From contig OZ316891.1 in NCBI GenBank assembly GCA_973895155.1, positions 3,113,801 to 3,177,800 of the forward strand: a DNA stretch of 64,000 nt, written 5' to 3'. A program made the position numbers and the translations under genes. The notes under the pieces are model-generated. The model ran no database searches. It had not been told where the DNA came from and was given only the letters and a program-made list of their open reading frames with translations. Below are positions 25,681 through 37,571 of the stretch, piece after piece. Each line of letters begins with the position of its first letter. Position 1 is the first letter of the stretch. This DNA comes from Marsupella aquatica. Lineage: Eukaryota; Plantae; Marchantiophyta.

Positions 25681-27271
25681 TCATTCCACTTGCGTGTTCC
25701 TCTGGAACGAATTGTAAATATTTCAATAACTTTGGCTGTGGTCCTTCACTGATGACCCATTTTGTGTTGCTTCAAGAGAAGAAATGCCATCCCTGAACAT
25801 TTTGATTACAACGGCCTAGCGCCCTTCATCAGTCATGTACAATACTTACAGTGATGAATTGAATGGTGATGCATTCTATGCAGCAGTGGTTTTGGTCCCT
25901 GTTGAGTGGTTTATTTTAGGGTCTTATCCCTTTCTTATGCTGCCAGTTTAGCTCTGCCATTCAAAAAGCTTGCTCTATGACGCTACTGTAGCTGTCCTAG
26001 CCCATCCCCAGGACAGGTTGTGCTACGATTAGACATAAGAATGTTGATTTGAATGGAGTATTGCTTTTGTTCAGGGATGGTTTCTGAACCCCAAAACCCT
26101 GGACGGATGTGCCCGTTTGGGTTTAGTTCTCTGGTAGAGTGATAAATATCTTCCAAGAATAAGAAGTTAGCTTTCCCTAGATGCATCCAACTTGTAGTTA
26201 TAAAAATTGGTTGAATGTTAACCAAGTGATGACAAAATTCATCATACATGTCATCTCTTTAATTTTCATAACATACTAGCCCCCACTACCACGGGTTCTT
26301 TGAAGTGATGACAAAAATCATACATATCATCTCTTTAATATTCATAACATACTAGCACCAACTACCCATTCTTTGAACAAGACGTGAATAACATAGAGGA
26401 TAATAGAAGGGTCGCCAAAGTATATCCACTATTCAAATTCTTTGAATGTTAATGAAATGATAAAAAAATCAGCATGCATGTCATCATTTTAATAATCATA
26501 CATAGCATACTCTTTTCTATGCACATCCCTCTTTTTATGCACATATGTAATGGTGGGGCCATAGAGTCCATTTTTTGAATGTAAATATAAATCATGACCA
26601 AAAAACATGCGTGATAATTATCATTTGAAATACATCATAGTCATAAGTTTTCCCATTCACATGGTGGGCCATGGACTTATGGTCTAGAGGCTTCACTCTA
26701 GAAGCCTAGGCCCCAACTCTAGTTACGGACCCCACTAGAGGTCCCTTCCAAAATCAGAGACTCCACAACATGCCACGTCATCATGACACCCTCCAAACAA
26801 GTATGGATTGGTTTACAAAATAAAATTACTTCACCGTTCGTGTTTGTGACAGGATTTTGGTAAAATTGAGGACGCCATGCCGTAAACCTTGATGTAAAAA
26901 TGTTTGAAAAATAACTGTTTTATTTACTTTAGGTAATAGAGTGTTCAATTAGTAGGAGGCCCACCTTTCGTGTTTTTTACCCTAAGTTACTGCTGCCCAC
27001 CCGTTTCAATTGAATAATAACTAACTCTCTCTTGGCAAGTTGATCTGATGACAAAGTAATCGTGGTAATTTTCTCGACCTTTTGCTGCCACGAAGGAAGA
27101 AGTGGACATGATTCTGTGTTGGATCACTCAGCACTCCTTTCCATGGCGTCATCATTGCAGTTCCTAACTTGGTGCTGCCTCTCGCTACTGTTAGATTGTC
27201 CAACGCATGAGGCACAAGCAAACAAAAGAGAAGCAAGTTTAGCAAGGGTCAGTAAGGGCCTCGTCTACGTG

Positions 27272-27403
27272 CAGATGATGTTGAAGAGTCTGGGCATGAA
27301 AGAAGAACATAGTTATAAGAAGTGTCAGCAAATGATCAAGGGAGTCGATGCGGACGGTAATGGGAAGGTGGACTTTCAGGAGTTCAAGGGGTCCACAAAC
27401 TAA
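27272..27403 (+). pseudogene. Orphan C-terminal fragment of a calmodulin-like (CML) protein with one EF-hand
   Basis: QMMLKSLGMKEEHSYKKCQQMIKGVDADGNGKVDFQEFK contains a canonical 12-residue loop, DADGNGKVDFQE. No other EF-hands were found upstream. Confidence 0.7.
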
Positions 27404-27533
27404 TTTGTAGTTGACACTTTATAAGTAAGATTATCCTTCTTTCCATGTGTATACACTTTGGTGCGGCCTGTAGAATTTTGTATGTCTTCATTAAGTGCTC
27501 TGCAGAGTGAGATTAAATACAGGCCTGAGTGGC

Positions 27534-28157
27534 TGAGGTCCCCCATAGAAACCGGGGGTGCGGGGGTAAGAGTAGAATGGCTAGATCAGAGGTGTCTAGC
27601 ATACTTAACGCAGAGAAGCCACAACTGAGTAACATGCAGCCCAGCCTAAGAAGGCCAGGCAACCCACCTTCACATAAGGGAGCCTGGTCATCCTAATTAA
27701 TTACATAGTCAGCGTAATGGGGATACGTGCCGACTTTCTACACCCTCCCTTGAGCAAAGCTCAGCAAAAGTTGAATTGACAGTCATATCCTGAGTCATAT
27801 TCTTCGTTGTTGATGCCTTTGAGGTAGCAATCGGATTCCCAGTGGCAATGTTTTCCACAATAGTTGCAGTTGTTGTTGCCACAACTGGCTCCCCATCCAC
27901 GTGCTCCTCTTCCTTGTCCTCCATGACCCCTACTCGGCCTCTTATCTTAGCTCCGGTGTTGTTTTGGCGTGGTGAGTCGGGGGATACGAGTAGAATGGTT
28001 GGATCAAAGGTGTCCATCATACTTAGTGCAGAGAAACGTCAACCGAGTAACATGCGGCCTGGCCTTATAAGGCCAGGCAGCCCACCTTAACATAAGGGAG
28101 CCTGGTCATCCTAATTAATTACATATTTGATGTAATTTATGTGCCTTACTTTCAACA
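27534..28157 (-). mobile_element. Internally deleted (TRIM-sized) LTR retroelement; LTRs at 27534-27742 and ~27978-28157
   Basis: Two ~180 bp direct repeats with minus-strand starts TGTTGAAAGTAAGGCAC and TGTAGAAAGTCGGCAC. A polypurine tract (tcaagggaggg) lies immediately before the 3' LTR. The element ends in ...acctCA and has a 4-bp flanking duplication, tggc (27530-27533 and 28158-28161). Confidence 0.72.
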
Positions 28158-30529
28158 TGGCCCTAGAGTGACATGTGGTCTAGAGGCCTAACTCACTCTA
28201 GAAACCTAGACCCCAACTCTTGCTTCTACAGTGGTAAGAATTTCAAGAACTAATAAATCAGACATGTCATTGTTTTACTGTAGCAAAGCTTAGAGGGTCT
28301 CCTACCTTGTCCTCAAAGGCCACCCAAATGGGCAAAGAACCTGCATTTGCCTGCTAGGTAGAACTTTCCAAGTGAAATACATAGGCCTCCTAAGAAGGAG
28401 AAGGAGACATCGTCCGCATGAGTATTTCTAGCTAAAAACAGGAAATATAGCTAGTGTAACTGTTGTAGGAATCACGATGATTTGATTGAGTGGAAAATGG
28501 AATCTTGTCCTTCATGGGGTTCTGAGTTTTAATATTACTTAAACCACCAATGGTGGATCAGGTTACCATAATCAGTCAAAAATGTTCTTAAAAAATTCTA
28601 AAAGTGTACTCTTTTGTCCTCCCACAGCTTTGGGACAATGGGGGTTAGAGTTTCTCACAAAAAGCCCTCTAAAGGAGTTTCTCATATAGGTGACAAGATC
28701 TGTGTGAGCTCTGGAGATATGTGTTAGCAGGTCATCCATTCTTAGTGATAGGATGTAGAACTTATTACAATGAGCGGCTATGAGGAGATAATGTGAAATT
28801 TTTTAGCAGATCAGAGAGGTATACCTGGATCTTGGGGTTAGATTGTGGACCCATTGCACAAGTACTCTCTAGTCAAGGAAGCAAGGCATGGGAAGTTGGT
28901 CTAAAGGCAGACCCCATATCCTCAAGATGCATACCATGTCAACCTGATGGTAATGCTATAAGCCACATCCTCCACAGACATTGGGATCTGATGTTTTGAC
29001 CCTTGAAAGTTGAGGGCATTTGTCAAATGCTTGGACCAGGGAAAAACATTAAGTTGGACATTGTTGTGCTCCTTCCCTGGACTTGTGTGGGGCCAAGATT
29101 GGTGGCATGAACTGCACCTGGACTTGCCTGGACCACTTAGCCCGGGTACTCTAATGAGCAGGTTCATTGTGAAGCTGGAGGATTTGGCTGTTAGGGCAAA
29201 TGGTTACCTTGCAACGGGGACATTGCACAACATATTGAGTGAAACTCATTCTCTAAAGTGAGTACCATTGGTATGTGTGTGCCCCATACTATGTATTCCT
29301 TTCTCATTGTGGATGGAGTTGATTTGAGATTAGTGATGTTTTCTTACTGTATGCAGCATACTTGTGGGGAGGTCACTATATGGAGGTACCCCATCAAGTG
29401 TGAATCTTAGTTTTTAAAATTTTAATATTAGCTTTTTCATACCCTTTATAAACATTAAAATAAATAGCTCAAAACCAATCTCTCTTTAAACCCTACAAAT
29501 TCTCCATGTAAGTCTTTAAAAACCCTACTATTGTTTGCACTTGTCCCATGTCTTGTGCATGTCAAGTTTAGGCACTACTGCATGGTCCGATACAGGCACA
29601 CAAATCCATCAAAAGATTAATGTCACATTGACATAAACTAGGACGGAATTAGTGCATGCAGCTAAGCCATAGTGATCAAGATCATGACATCAAATACTTT
29701 CAATCATAACAACATCTGTTTCATAAGTTGTTACATGATCTCTATCTAATATGTCAGTAAATTTAGTCTACATGCTAATGTTGTGCTGATGAAAAGGAAG
29801 ATCTATGTTTGTTGCTCCCAATATAGGCAGATTCTGATGTGAGATTATTGCGGATAACAAGTTCATAATAATTTAAGTCTTAACAATAGCAACAAACAAG
29901 TTTGTGTTGTTGATCATGTGATACTTGGCTATGACTAACTACAGTGAACCTTTGTAGTTGACTGAGGGTTTTGCATTGTTTCTACACTAGCCTGATGCCT
30001 GTCCTTTGGACTTCAATAATTGGTGAGAACAAAAAAGAAGTCCCTTTCATTTCCCACCCCAACCGGATTGTAGGTTTCTGTCCTACCCCAGCTAGAGTAC
30101 TCTAGAGGTTTCACTCTAGACCATACCCTGTCCTCTAGCTTCTCTTTGCGATAATTGGCCAAACAAGGTGTAGTTGAAGTGATGGGGGCCTGAAAAATGG
30201 CCTTGGACTGTATTGTCGGCAATCATATAATTGTAGAAGATGGCCCATAACATATTTAAAACTATATGTTCCATCTGTTAAGGCGTCTCAATTCCAAAGG
30301 TTTTTTTTATGACTAATATGTTGTGGGCCGGGTCACAACTGGGGTGAGAGACCAAAATCTGCCATTTTCCCCAAAACATGACCGTCAATAAGTTGGGCAG
30401 TCAGTTGACGTATCGAAACCCATCTCAAACCTCTGGAATTGAGACGCCTTAACAGATGAAACAATATGGTTTCAAGTATGTTATGGGCCATCTTCTGCAA
30501 TATGCCACATACGCCCAGTTGACTCACGG

Positions 30530-30720
30530 GAGCGTATTGAAACCCGTTTCAAACCTGGAGACCCGTGGATTAAGTTGGTCCAGAAGTTTGGTTATGGTCA
30601 AGGTTGCAGACATAGATTTCTTATGGGAGCCTATTGAAACTCGTCTCAAAACCTGGAGACCTGTGCATTAAGTTGGTCCAGAAGTTTGGTTATGGTCAAG
30701 GTCACAGACATAGATTTCTT
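30530..30720 (+). repeat. ~100 bp tandem duplication
   Basis: aacctggagacc.gtg.attaagttggtccagaagtttggttatggtcaaggt...agacatagatttctta occurs twice. Confidence 0.9.
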
Positions 30721-30914
30721 AGAAAGGCTCACTGGAAAAAAAGTGGGAAACAGCAAGTTTAAGACCTCTTGTGCGACCATGTAAGTTTGGGGCCTGGTCT
30801 AGTAAGAGTGGGGCCCATGGATGGGTGATCACATGGCTCCCAACACCTTGACACTTACACAAAGCACATCAAGAAGGGGGAGTACACAATTTGACAAGTC
30901 TACTGTAAAGTTTT

Positions 30915-31185
30915 GTACTATGGAGGTAAAGTACTGTATATGCAATTTGATAGCTCTCTAGAGAGCTATGGAGGAGGTAAAGTACTGTAAAATTTGAACA
31001 CTCTAGAGAGCTATGGAGGAGGTAAAGTACTGTAAAATTTGAACACTCTAGAGAGCTATGGAGGTAGAGTACAAGTAACGTACAAGTTTGAGAGCTATGG
31101 ATGTCAAGCAGTAAGAAAAAGGCACCCAAACTATGATACGGTAGTGGACAACATTGAGAGCTCTGGAGTTTGCTATGGAGAAACG
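30915..31185 (+). repeat. 45 bp minisatellite (gagagctatggaggaggtaaagtactgtaaaatttgaacactcta) with decayed flanking copies
   Basis: Two identical copies at 30961-31050, plus partial copies on both sides. Confidence 0.9.
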
Positions 31186-32127
31186 GAAAGGCACCCGAAT
31201 CTCCAGACGCATGAGAGGCGTGCACATGGCGGACCATGTGAGCTCGCTTGGCCCTTGGAGCGTCCAGTCGTCATTCCAGGACAAGAACACAACACTAAAT
31301 GAATTCTCAATCACACAATCCGCAAACCAATCGCGAGCGATTTTGAGAATGAGGACAATTGCTTATACGTGAGAATGATGTAGCTGCTGTTGCTGTCTCT
31401 CTGCCAGTCTGCCGAGCTTGACTGCCTTCTAACACTGTACTGTACCCTGTTGCCGTTTCCGCTGTTCCTGCTGCCGAAGCTCCTGAGCGGGCGGAGTTTG
31501 CTTTTGGACTGATCCCCGCAATGCCCACTGCTCTTCTGCCGAAGGAGGGCGTTGTCTCTCTGTTGATGAACTGATGGACAGTCGTACGTTGCGGTGGTGA
31601 AATTCATGTGGTGAATGGTGGCTGCTGAGTGCTGACTGCCAGGCGAAAAGCTCACGGAACTTTTGTCTAGTTCTTTTGACTGTGGAGGCTAGTTTTAGGG
31701 CTGGGGCGAACGCAGTTTGTTCAGCCCACTCGCAGCTCGAGCGACCCAAATTTTGGTTGTCTTCCTGAAATTCTTGCATGTGCTGGGAATGTACTGCGCT
31801 TGGGACCTCATTGTAGAGCTGGAGGATTAGGTTGAAATTCTTTATGCCTCGTTGGAATGCCAATGCCTAGTGAAGGGTCTTAGCAGGGCTGCTGGACGGG
31901 AGGGGACAGACGTCTTTGGATTTGTTTGGAATGTCCCTTGGAGCTGCTCCCTCAGTCTCTGGATTGTAGAAATCACCGAATCAAGCCATGCATAGCTCAC
32001 AAAGTTAGAAGGAGAGGATCTCTGAAGGGCCGGGGTTCTGTTGGACACTTCAGAGCTAGGGTTTGTCGTCTAGGCTGGCGAATCCTCTGTCCATTTCATC
32101 ATCTGGGTCGAGCTTGTGTCGACCGCC

Positions 32128-35100
32128 ATGCGCACTATGAGTGCATCCGCTATATTTCTGTCGAATTCTCAGGCAGCTGGGCTGCCAAGAGTTCAGTGTG
32201 TCTCAGTGGAAAGGCAGACATTCGGGAAAGGTGATTTCTCTCGGAACCTTGTGGCTCAGATTCCCAGGCCCCGGGGTACCTGGCATCAGTTGGCGCTCTA
32301 TGGGCATTACAAGAATTGCAGCTATTTCAGGGTAGGGTCAGGTGGGGAATTCGGATTGAAACCTTCTCCTTGGAAGAGGTCAAGGAGGAGGAATGCCACT
32401 GTTCAAAATGGGAGGCGTAAGGTCACTAGCAGTTCTTCAAGTGCCCTAAGATTGCAGAGCTTTATAGCAGAGGAGAATGGTGGAGTGAGAGAATGGCAGC
32501 AAAATACTGCTGGGTTGATGAAATTTCTTCCTTTCAGCGAAACTTTCAAGAAAGTGGTTCCCTTCATTTACTCCGAAACTGCCAACATTCTTAAGGGGTG
32601 GGTCTGCTGCTGTGTAGCCGTGGGATGTTTGTACTTATTCGTGCCCCAGATTGGTCTGTTGTCAACTCTTCTTAGTCAGGGGGACTTAACACAGCTGGGG
32701 AACAAAATAACCCTTGCAGTGATGCTTGTAGCAACAAGGTCCATAGCTCAATATTGGCAGCAGGCATTTCTGTGGGAGGCTGTCTTGAACGTTACATTCA
32801 AAGTCAGAAGTTATGTGTATGAGCGAGTTCTGCAGAGAGACATGACTTTCTTTGAAGGGCGGCATGCCATAGCCGCAGGGGACGTAGCATTCCGGATTAC
32901 TACAGAGTCCGAAGACATGGGCGACACCGTCTATTCCTTACTACACGTACAGCTACATTCCTTCGTGCCTTGACAGTCGGAGATTTTGCATTTAATTAGC
33001 AGTTTTCTTATACTGCTAATGAGCTTGATTTCATTTTCTAGTGCACGAGTACTGTACTTGATTGTCTCAAATGTTCTTGTTATCTTGATTGATGAAGGGC
33101 TATGAATCAGAATCATCCTCTCTTGCCACGCTGATAATAAGCTTAACGCCCTCGGAATACCGCGGGCATCGATGAAGGTGAACTCGATTTCAGAGAAGAC
33201 TTTTGGCAACGTATTTCTTCTAATATGGTGCATCGCTCTGTACGCAACTGGCAGACCATGGTCCCAAGCGCGTTGCAGTTGATTGCAATGGCCACTCGCA
33301 TGATCACTCTGAATCCTCTCCTGGCGTGTGCGACATTCTCGGTGAGTAATAAACATGAATTTGAACATTCTGATTGCACTAGGAAATGGAGGTGGATGCG
33401 CGAAGGTAAGCAAAATTCTTCCGGTGTTGTCCAGTTTCTATTTCCATTTTTTACTGTGATTGTGAAATAGAGAGGAGGCTTGGCATGTTCTTGCCTGGTA
33501 CATCTGTTGTACGGGGCTCATGCTCATTGGATATCTTTTCTCAGCAATTCACTCGTTTTGACTAAAACTCTACCGAAACATGCCAACCGATCAAGTTGCA
33601 GTTTGGGCATGGTGTAGGTGGTTCCTTGTATGGCAGTGGTTATAGCACTGCTGGGTGAGAGACTGAGAAAATTGGCAAGAAAAGGCCAGGACAGCATCGC
33701 AAAGCTGTCGTCTTATTTGACAGAGGTAGGTTGAATCCTAGCTGAAGTGTACTGTCTGAGGCTAGTGTAGTCATTTTTTATGTTGAGTGAGTTGATGACC
33801 GTGAAAACGTGGATGCTTCATTGTTATAGGGAAAATATGATGCATCCAGGAGAATAGTTTCTGTTAATGCTTTGTGAAGGGTTATTGGTAATTCTGAATG
33901 CAGTTTACGTAATGCATGGATATGGACATGTTCAACCTTTGTTCCAAACAGGTTCTACCATCAATGTTTGTCATAAAGGCGCATGGAGCAGAGGTCTCAG
34001 AGCAATGGCGGTTCAATAGGCTTGCTTGGACTGAACGAGAAGCCCAGTTGGGGAAAAAGAGAATGAAAGCTTTCATACCAGAGATGATTACTTTGGTCTA
34101 CGTGATGACAGGGACAGTACTTCTTGCTGTAGGAACATGGGGCATTTCTAAAGGGTCATTTGATCCAGCGGGCATGGTGTCCTTCATTACATCCCTTGTA
34201 CTCCTTGTTGAGCCAATGCAGGTATGAGTTCCAAGCTACATAGCTAATAATGGTTGTTTGTTGTAATATAGCGGATATATGTCCAGTAATAATCTAATTT
34301 CCTCTCAGATATTTTGAGAATGCCATCGGAGCTGGCAATACGGCTCTTTTGTGGGAAACTTAATATCCCAGGTGTAGCGTTTTCTTCGCAATAACGTTTC
34401 TGACTTCGCGTCGTATCCTTATGAGCAATATGTTCAAGTTTCCAGTAATAATCTAATTGTTTATTGAGTATCTTGAGAATGCCATCGGAGGGTGCAATAC
34501 GACTCGTTTGTGCAAACTTAATATCCCAGGTGCAGCATTTCTTCGCGATGACATGTCTGACTTCGCGCTATATCCTCATGAGCAGGCACTTGGAAGAGCA
34601 TTCAATGAAATGAAAAATGGAGAACCTGCCATTGAGAGGCTCTTTGAATTCACGTGTGCTTCCCCAAAAGTAAGCTTTGGGCTGCTTGAATTCCAACTCT
34701 GTGTCGTCGACAGTTCTTCTGGTTAGTTGTGCTTCCTAGGAGACCCGGAGCAGCAAGTCGTGTTCTGCGGACTTGACCCAGCCCCCTTCTTTGTGATCTT
34801 GCTGTCAGCCATGTCATCCAACTGACATAAAATGGTCCTTATCAGGTACTGGAGAAGCCAAATGCGACCCCTCTTCAGAATGTCAGTGGGGAGGTCGAGC
34901 TCTTGGGTGTATCTTTCCGTTATGATGGGTCCTCACCGTGGGTGCTAAGGAATGTCAACTTATACGTGCGTCCGGGAGAAACTGTCGCCCTTGTGGGAGC
35001 TTCAGGTGGCGGAAAAACCACCCTTGCCAAGCTGCTCCTCCGCCTCTATGATCCTATTTATGGTAAGTGTAAACACTAACAGGGTACCTATCCGTTTGTG

Positions 35101-36610
35101 GCCCAAAACGATTATTTCATATCTGCGGTATTTGCTGCAATATATAAAGGTGTCGTAAGCACCGAATTCCACTCCGCTAATTGTTACCTTTCTGGAGACT
35201 CGTAACTTCTTACTTGTATTTTAATGGCCGTAGGTTTTTCTGTGATAGATATCCAGCACGACTTTAGGATTGATGGAGACTTGAAGATTTCAAAAGCTAG
35301 TGAATAGTTCGCTATGCCAGTTTGCCACCCTTACTCATTGTTTAAGCTCTAGTTGCTGCTCATTGGGCGTTCATACTTCGGCTATATTAATTTGATTACG
35401 CTACATATGGAATGACTGCACAACCTACCGCTGGACTGTAGGGCCTCAACCGCGTTTTATTTGTGGGCCTTCCAGGTAATATCATCATCGATGGCCAAGA
35501 CATTAGGAACTTGAGCTTAAAGAGCCTTAGGAAGCAGGTGGCAATTGTTCCACAAGAAACAGTGAGTGCTGGCCTTTGCTCCCTCTGAAAAATTGTCTAA
35601 GAGCTCATTTGTCGAGGATATTGTCAGGCTCAGCTGCCTTGCAGTCCCCAGACGTGAAAGATTCCTTGTGCGGCTGTATGAACCATATGTATAGCAAGGA
35701 TTTAAGTTGTCAACTCAAGTACGCAGGAGAGTAATAGCCTTTATTTGACAAAACCCTGTTTTCAGACTTTATTTACAGGAACTGTGGCAGAGAATATTGC
35801 TTATGGGCAATTGCCTGCTGAGGTTGACATCAACGCGGTTAGGCGTGCTGCACAACTTGCCAATGCAGATGAGTTCATTCAGAACCTGTCAGACGGCTAT
35901 TCTACAAACCTAGGAGATCGTGCATCGTCACTAAGTGGTGGGCAGCGGCAAAGGTAAATGGCATATCCTCCAATGCTTTTACAATCTTTGTGAATTATTT
36001 GGTGAAAGTAGTCCCAACTCTGTGTTAGCTCTGGACGGGTTTGAAAGGCAGCCACAGGGGGCAGGGTAGCCCGCATACTTCAGGACCTTTCTTGGCACAG
36101 TTCACTAAACAAGTGGAGTACCATTGTGGCCTTTGGTTCAGGTTGGCAATTGCTAGAGCACTTTACCAAGAAGCAACAATTCTAATTCTTGATGAGGCAA
36201 CCTCAGCATTGGATAATAAATCAGAGATACTTGTCAGAGAAGCCTTAGAAAGGCTGATGGCTGATAGAACTGTAAGTAATCCCGAGGTGCAGACTTCGTC
36301 ACGTTCGTTCTCTCTCTGTTGATTTGTTGAGTCCGTGATCCATTTGCAATTGATCCAGTCTTCGCCACGAAGGACGAAGGATTAAATTTGGAATAAAGTT
36401 CAAGATTTTGGTTTCTTTTTGCAGGTATTTGTAATAGCCCATCGGTTGGAGACTGTTCAACGGGCTGATCGAATTTTACTTTTAGATGGTGGAAAAATTG
36501 TAGAGGAAGGAACACATTTATCCCTTTTGGGCCAGGGTGGCAAGTATGCAGCTCTATATACTAGGCAAGAACCGAGCATGTCAATTCCAGAGGCTGTCGC
36601 TCCTCAATAG
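32128..36610 (+). CDS. ABCB29: Half-size ABC transporter, subfamily B (ABCB29-like, probably plastid-targeted), ~724 aa. Exons: 32128-32946, 33255-33341, 33618-33725, 33952-34221, 34586-34669, 34846-35062, 35476-35561, 35766-35953, 36142-36271, 36425-36610
   Basis: Ser/Arg-rich transit-like N-terminus; TMD with [20 protein letters not shown] and TMVPSALQL; Walker A GASGGGKT; signature LSGGQRQR; Walker [13 protein letters not shown]; H-loop IAHRL. Exon sum is 2175 nt. Exact orthology is from memory. Confidence 0.88.
34282..34585 (+). repeat. ~160 bp tandem duplication of the 3' end of ABC-gene intron 4
   Basis: tccagtaataatctaatt...gagaatgccatcggag...aacttaatatcccaggtg...tctgacttcgcg...tatcct.atgagca(a/g) occurs twice. 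Confidence 0.9.
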
Positions 36611-37571
36611 CTATTATAGAACTCCGGCATATACTGGGTGATTCAAGAGAATTTGAAAGTCCTGTGTATGAAGCTGGGCAAACTCGTCGGAGAAATATAA
36701 TCTTACAATTTTGTACGCTACCATTTATTCTAGTTGAAAAGGCACGAGCAGAAGAGCAACATGACACATTAATATGCATGGGAAGAAGTCTCTGGAGAAA
36801 CCGATGCCTTAGCGCGAGATATGACGAAACTATGTACAAATCCAAGAGCTTGCAAAGGTCTAACAAGGAAATTAATGGTTCGAGAGTGCGGCAGGAAACC
36901 TGATGCTCCACACTTTGAAGTTGTTGGGCTCAATTGTTGACTTTCCATCAAACACACCAAAGTTTTTCCGCAATCATTTCGGAAGATACCCACAATCATT
37001 CTGCCAGATGCGGGTTCCTTCGCCGGACACCTGAAGGTGGTGATGACTTTTACTGCGCTGTGGATCCAAAGTACATTACTAACAGAGCTATATCCTCTAA
37101 GAAATAATGAATAAAAGATTTGGCAGAGTTTCCGGCTTGCCTTTGCAGCGTGGAGAGAAGAATTTACAAAAGCCTGAAGCGATACACATATTTCACAGAT
37201 AACTTTCTCTCCAACATTCTTGCGATGATTAGGTGTAATGTCAGCTACAGCTATCAAATATGAATCGGATGATGAGATAAGCGCTTAAAGTTATCCGACA
37301 GCAGATTGAGTCTCGAAACTCAGCGTAATAACTTGAAAGCCTGCTGACAAAATCTACAGTACCATTGTACTAGGTCAACTCATCTACCCTCAGTCAGCTA
37401 TCATGCGCAAATGTCTATGTCTTAAAATGAGGAGGGGAGGAGTATCACACGAGACAGGACTTCAGTTCAGTGGATAGGACATAACTCTGAAAACCCCCCG
37501 GTCATGCATTAGTGCATCAATATCTCCAGCAATCGTTTTCGTTCTATTGTCCATTGCCAGCCACATCGTCA

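Noticed and set aside
36769-37257. 162-aa minus-strand ORF between the ABC and riboflavin synthase genes
   Set aside because: Non-ATG start, no recognisable motif and no supporting splice structure.
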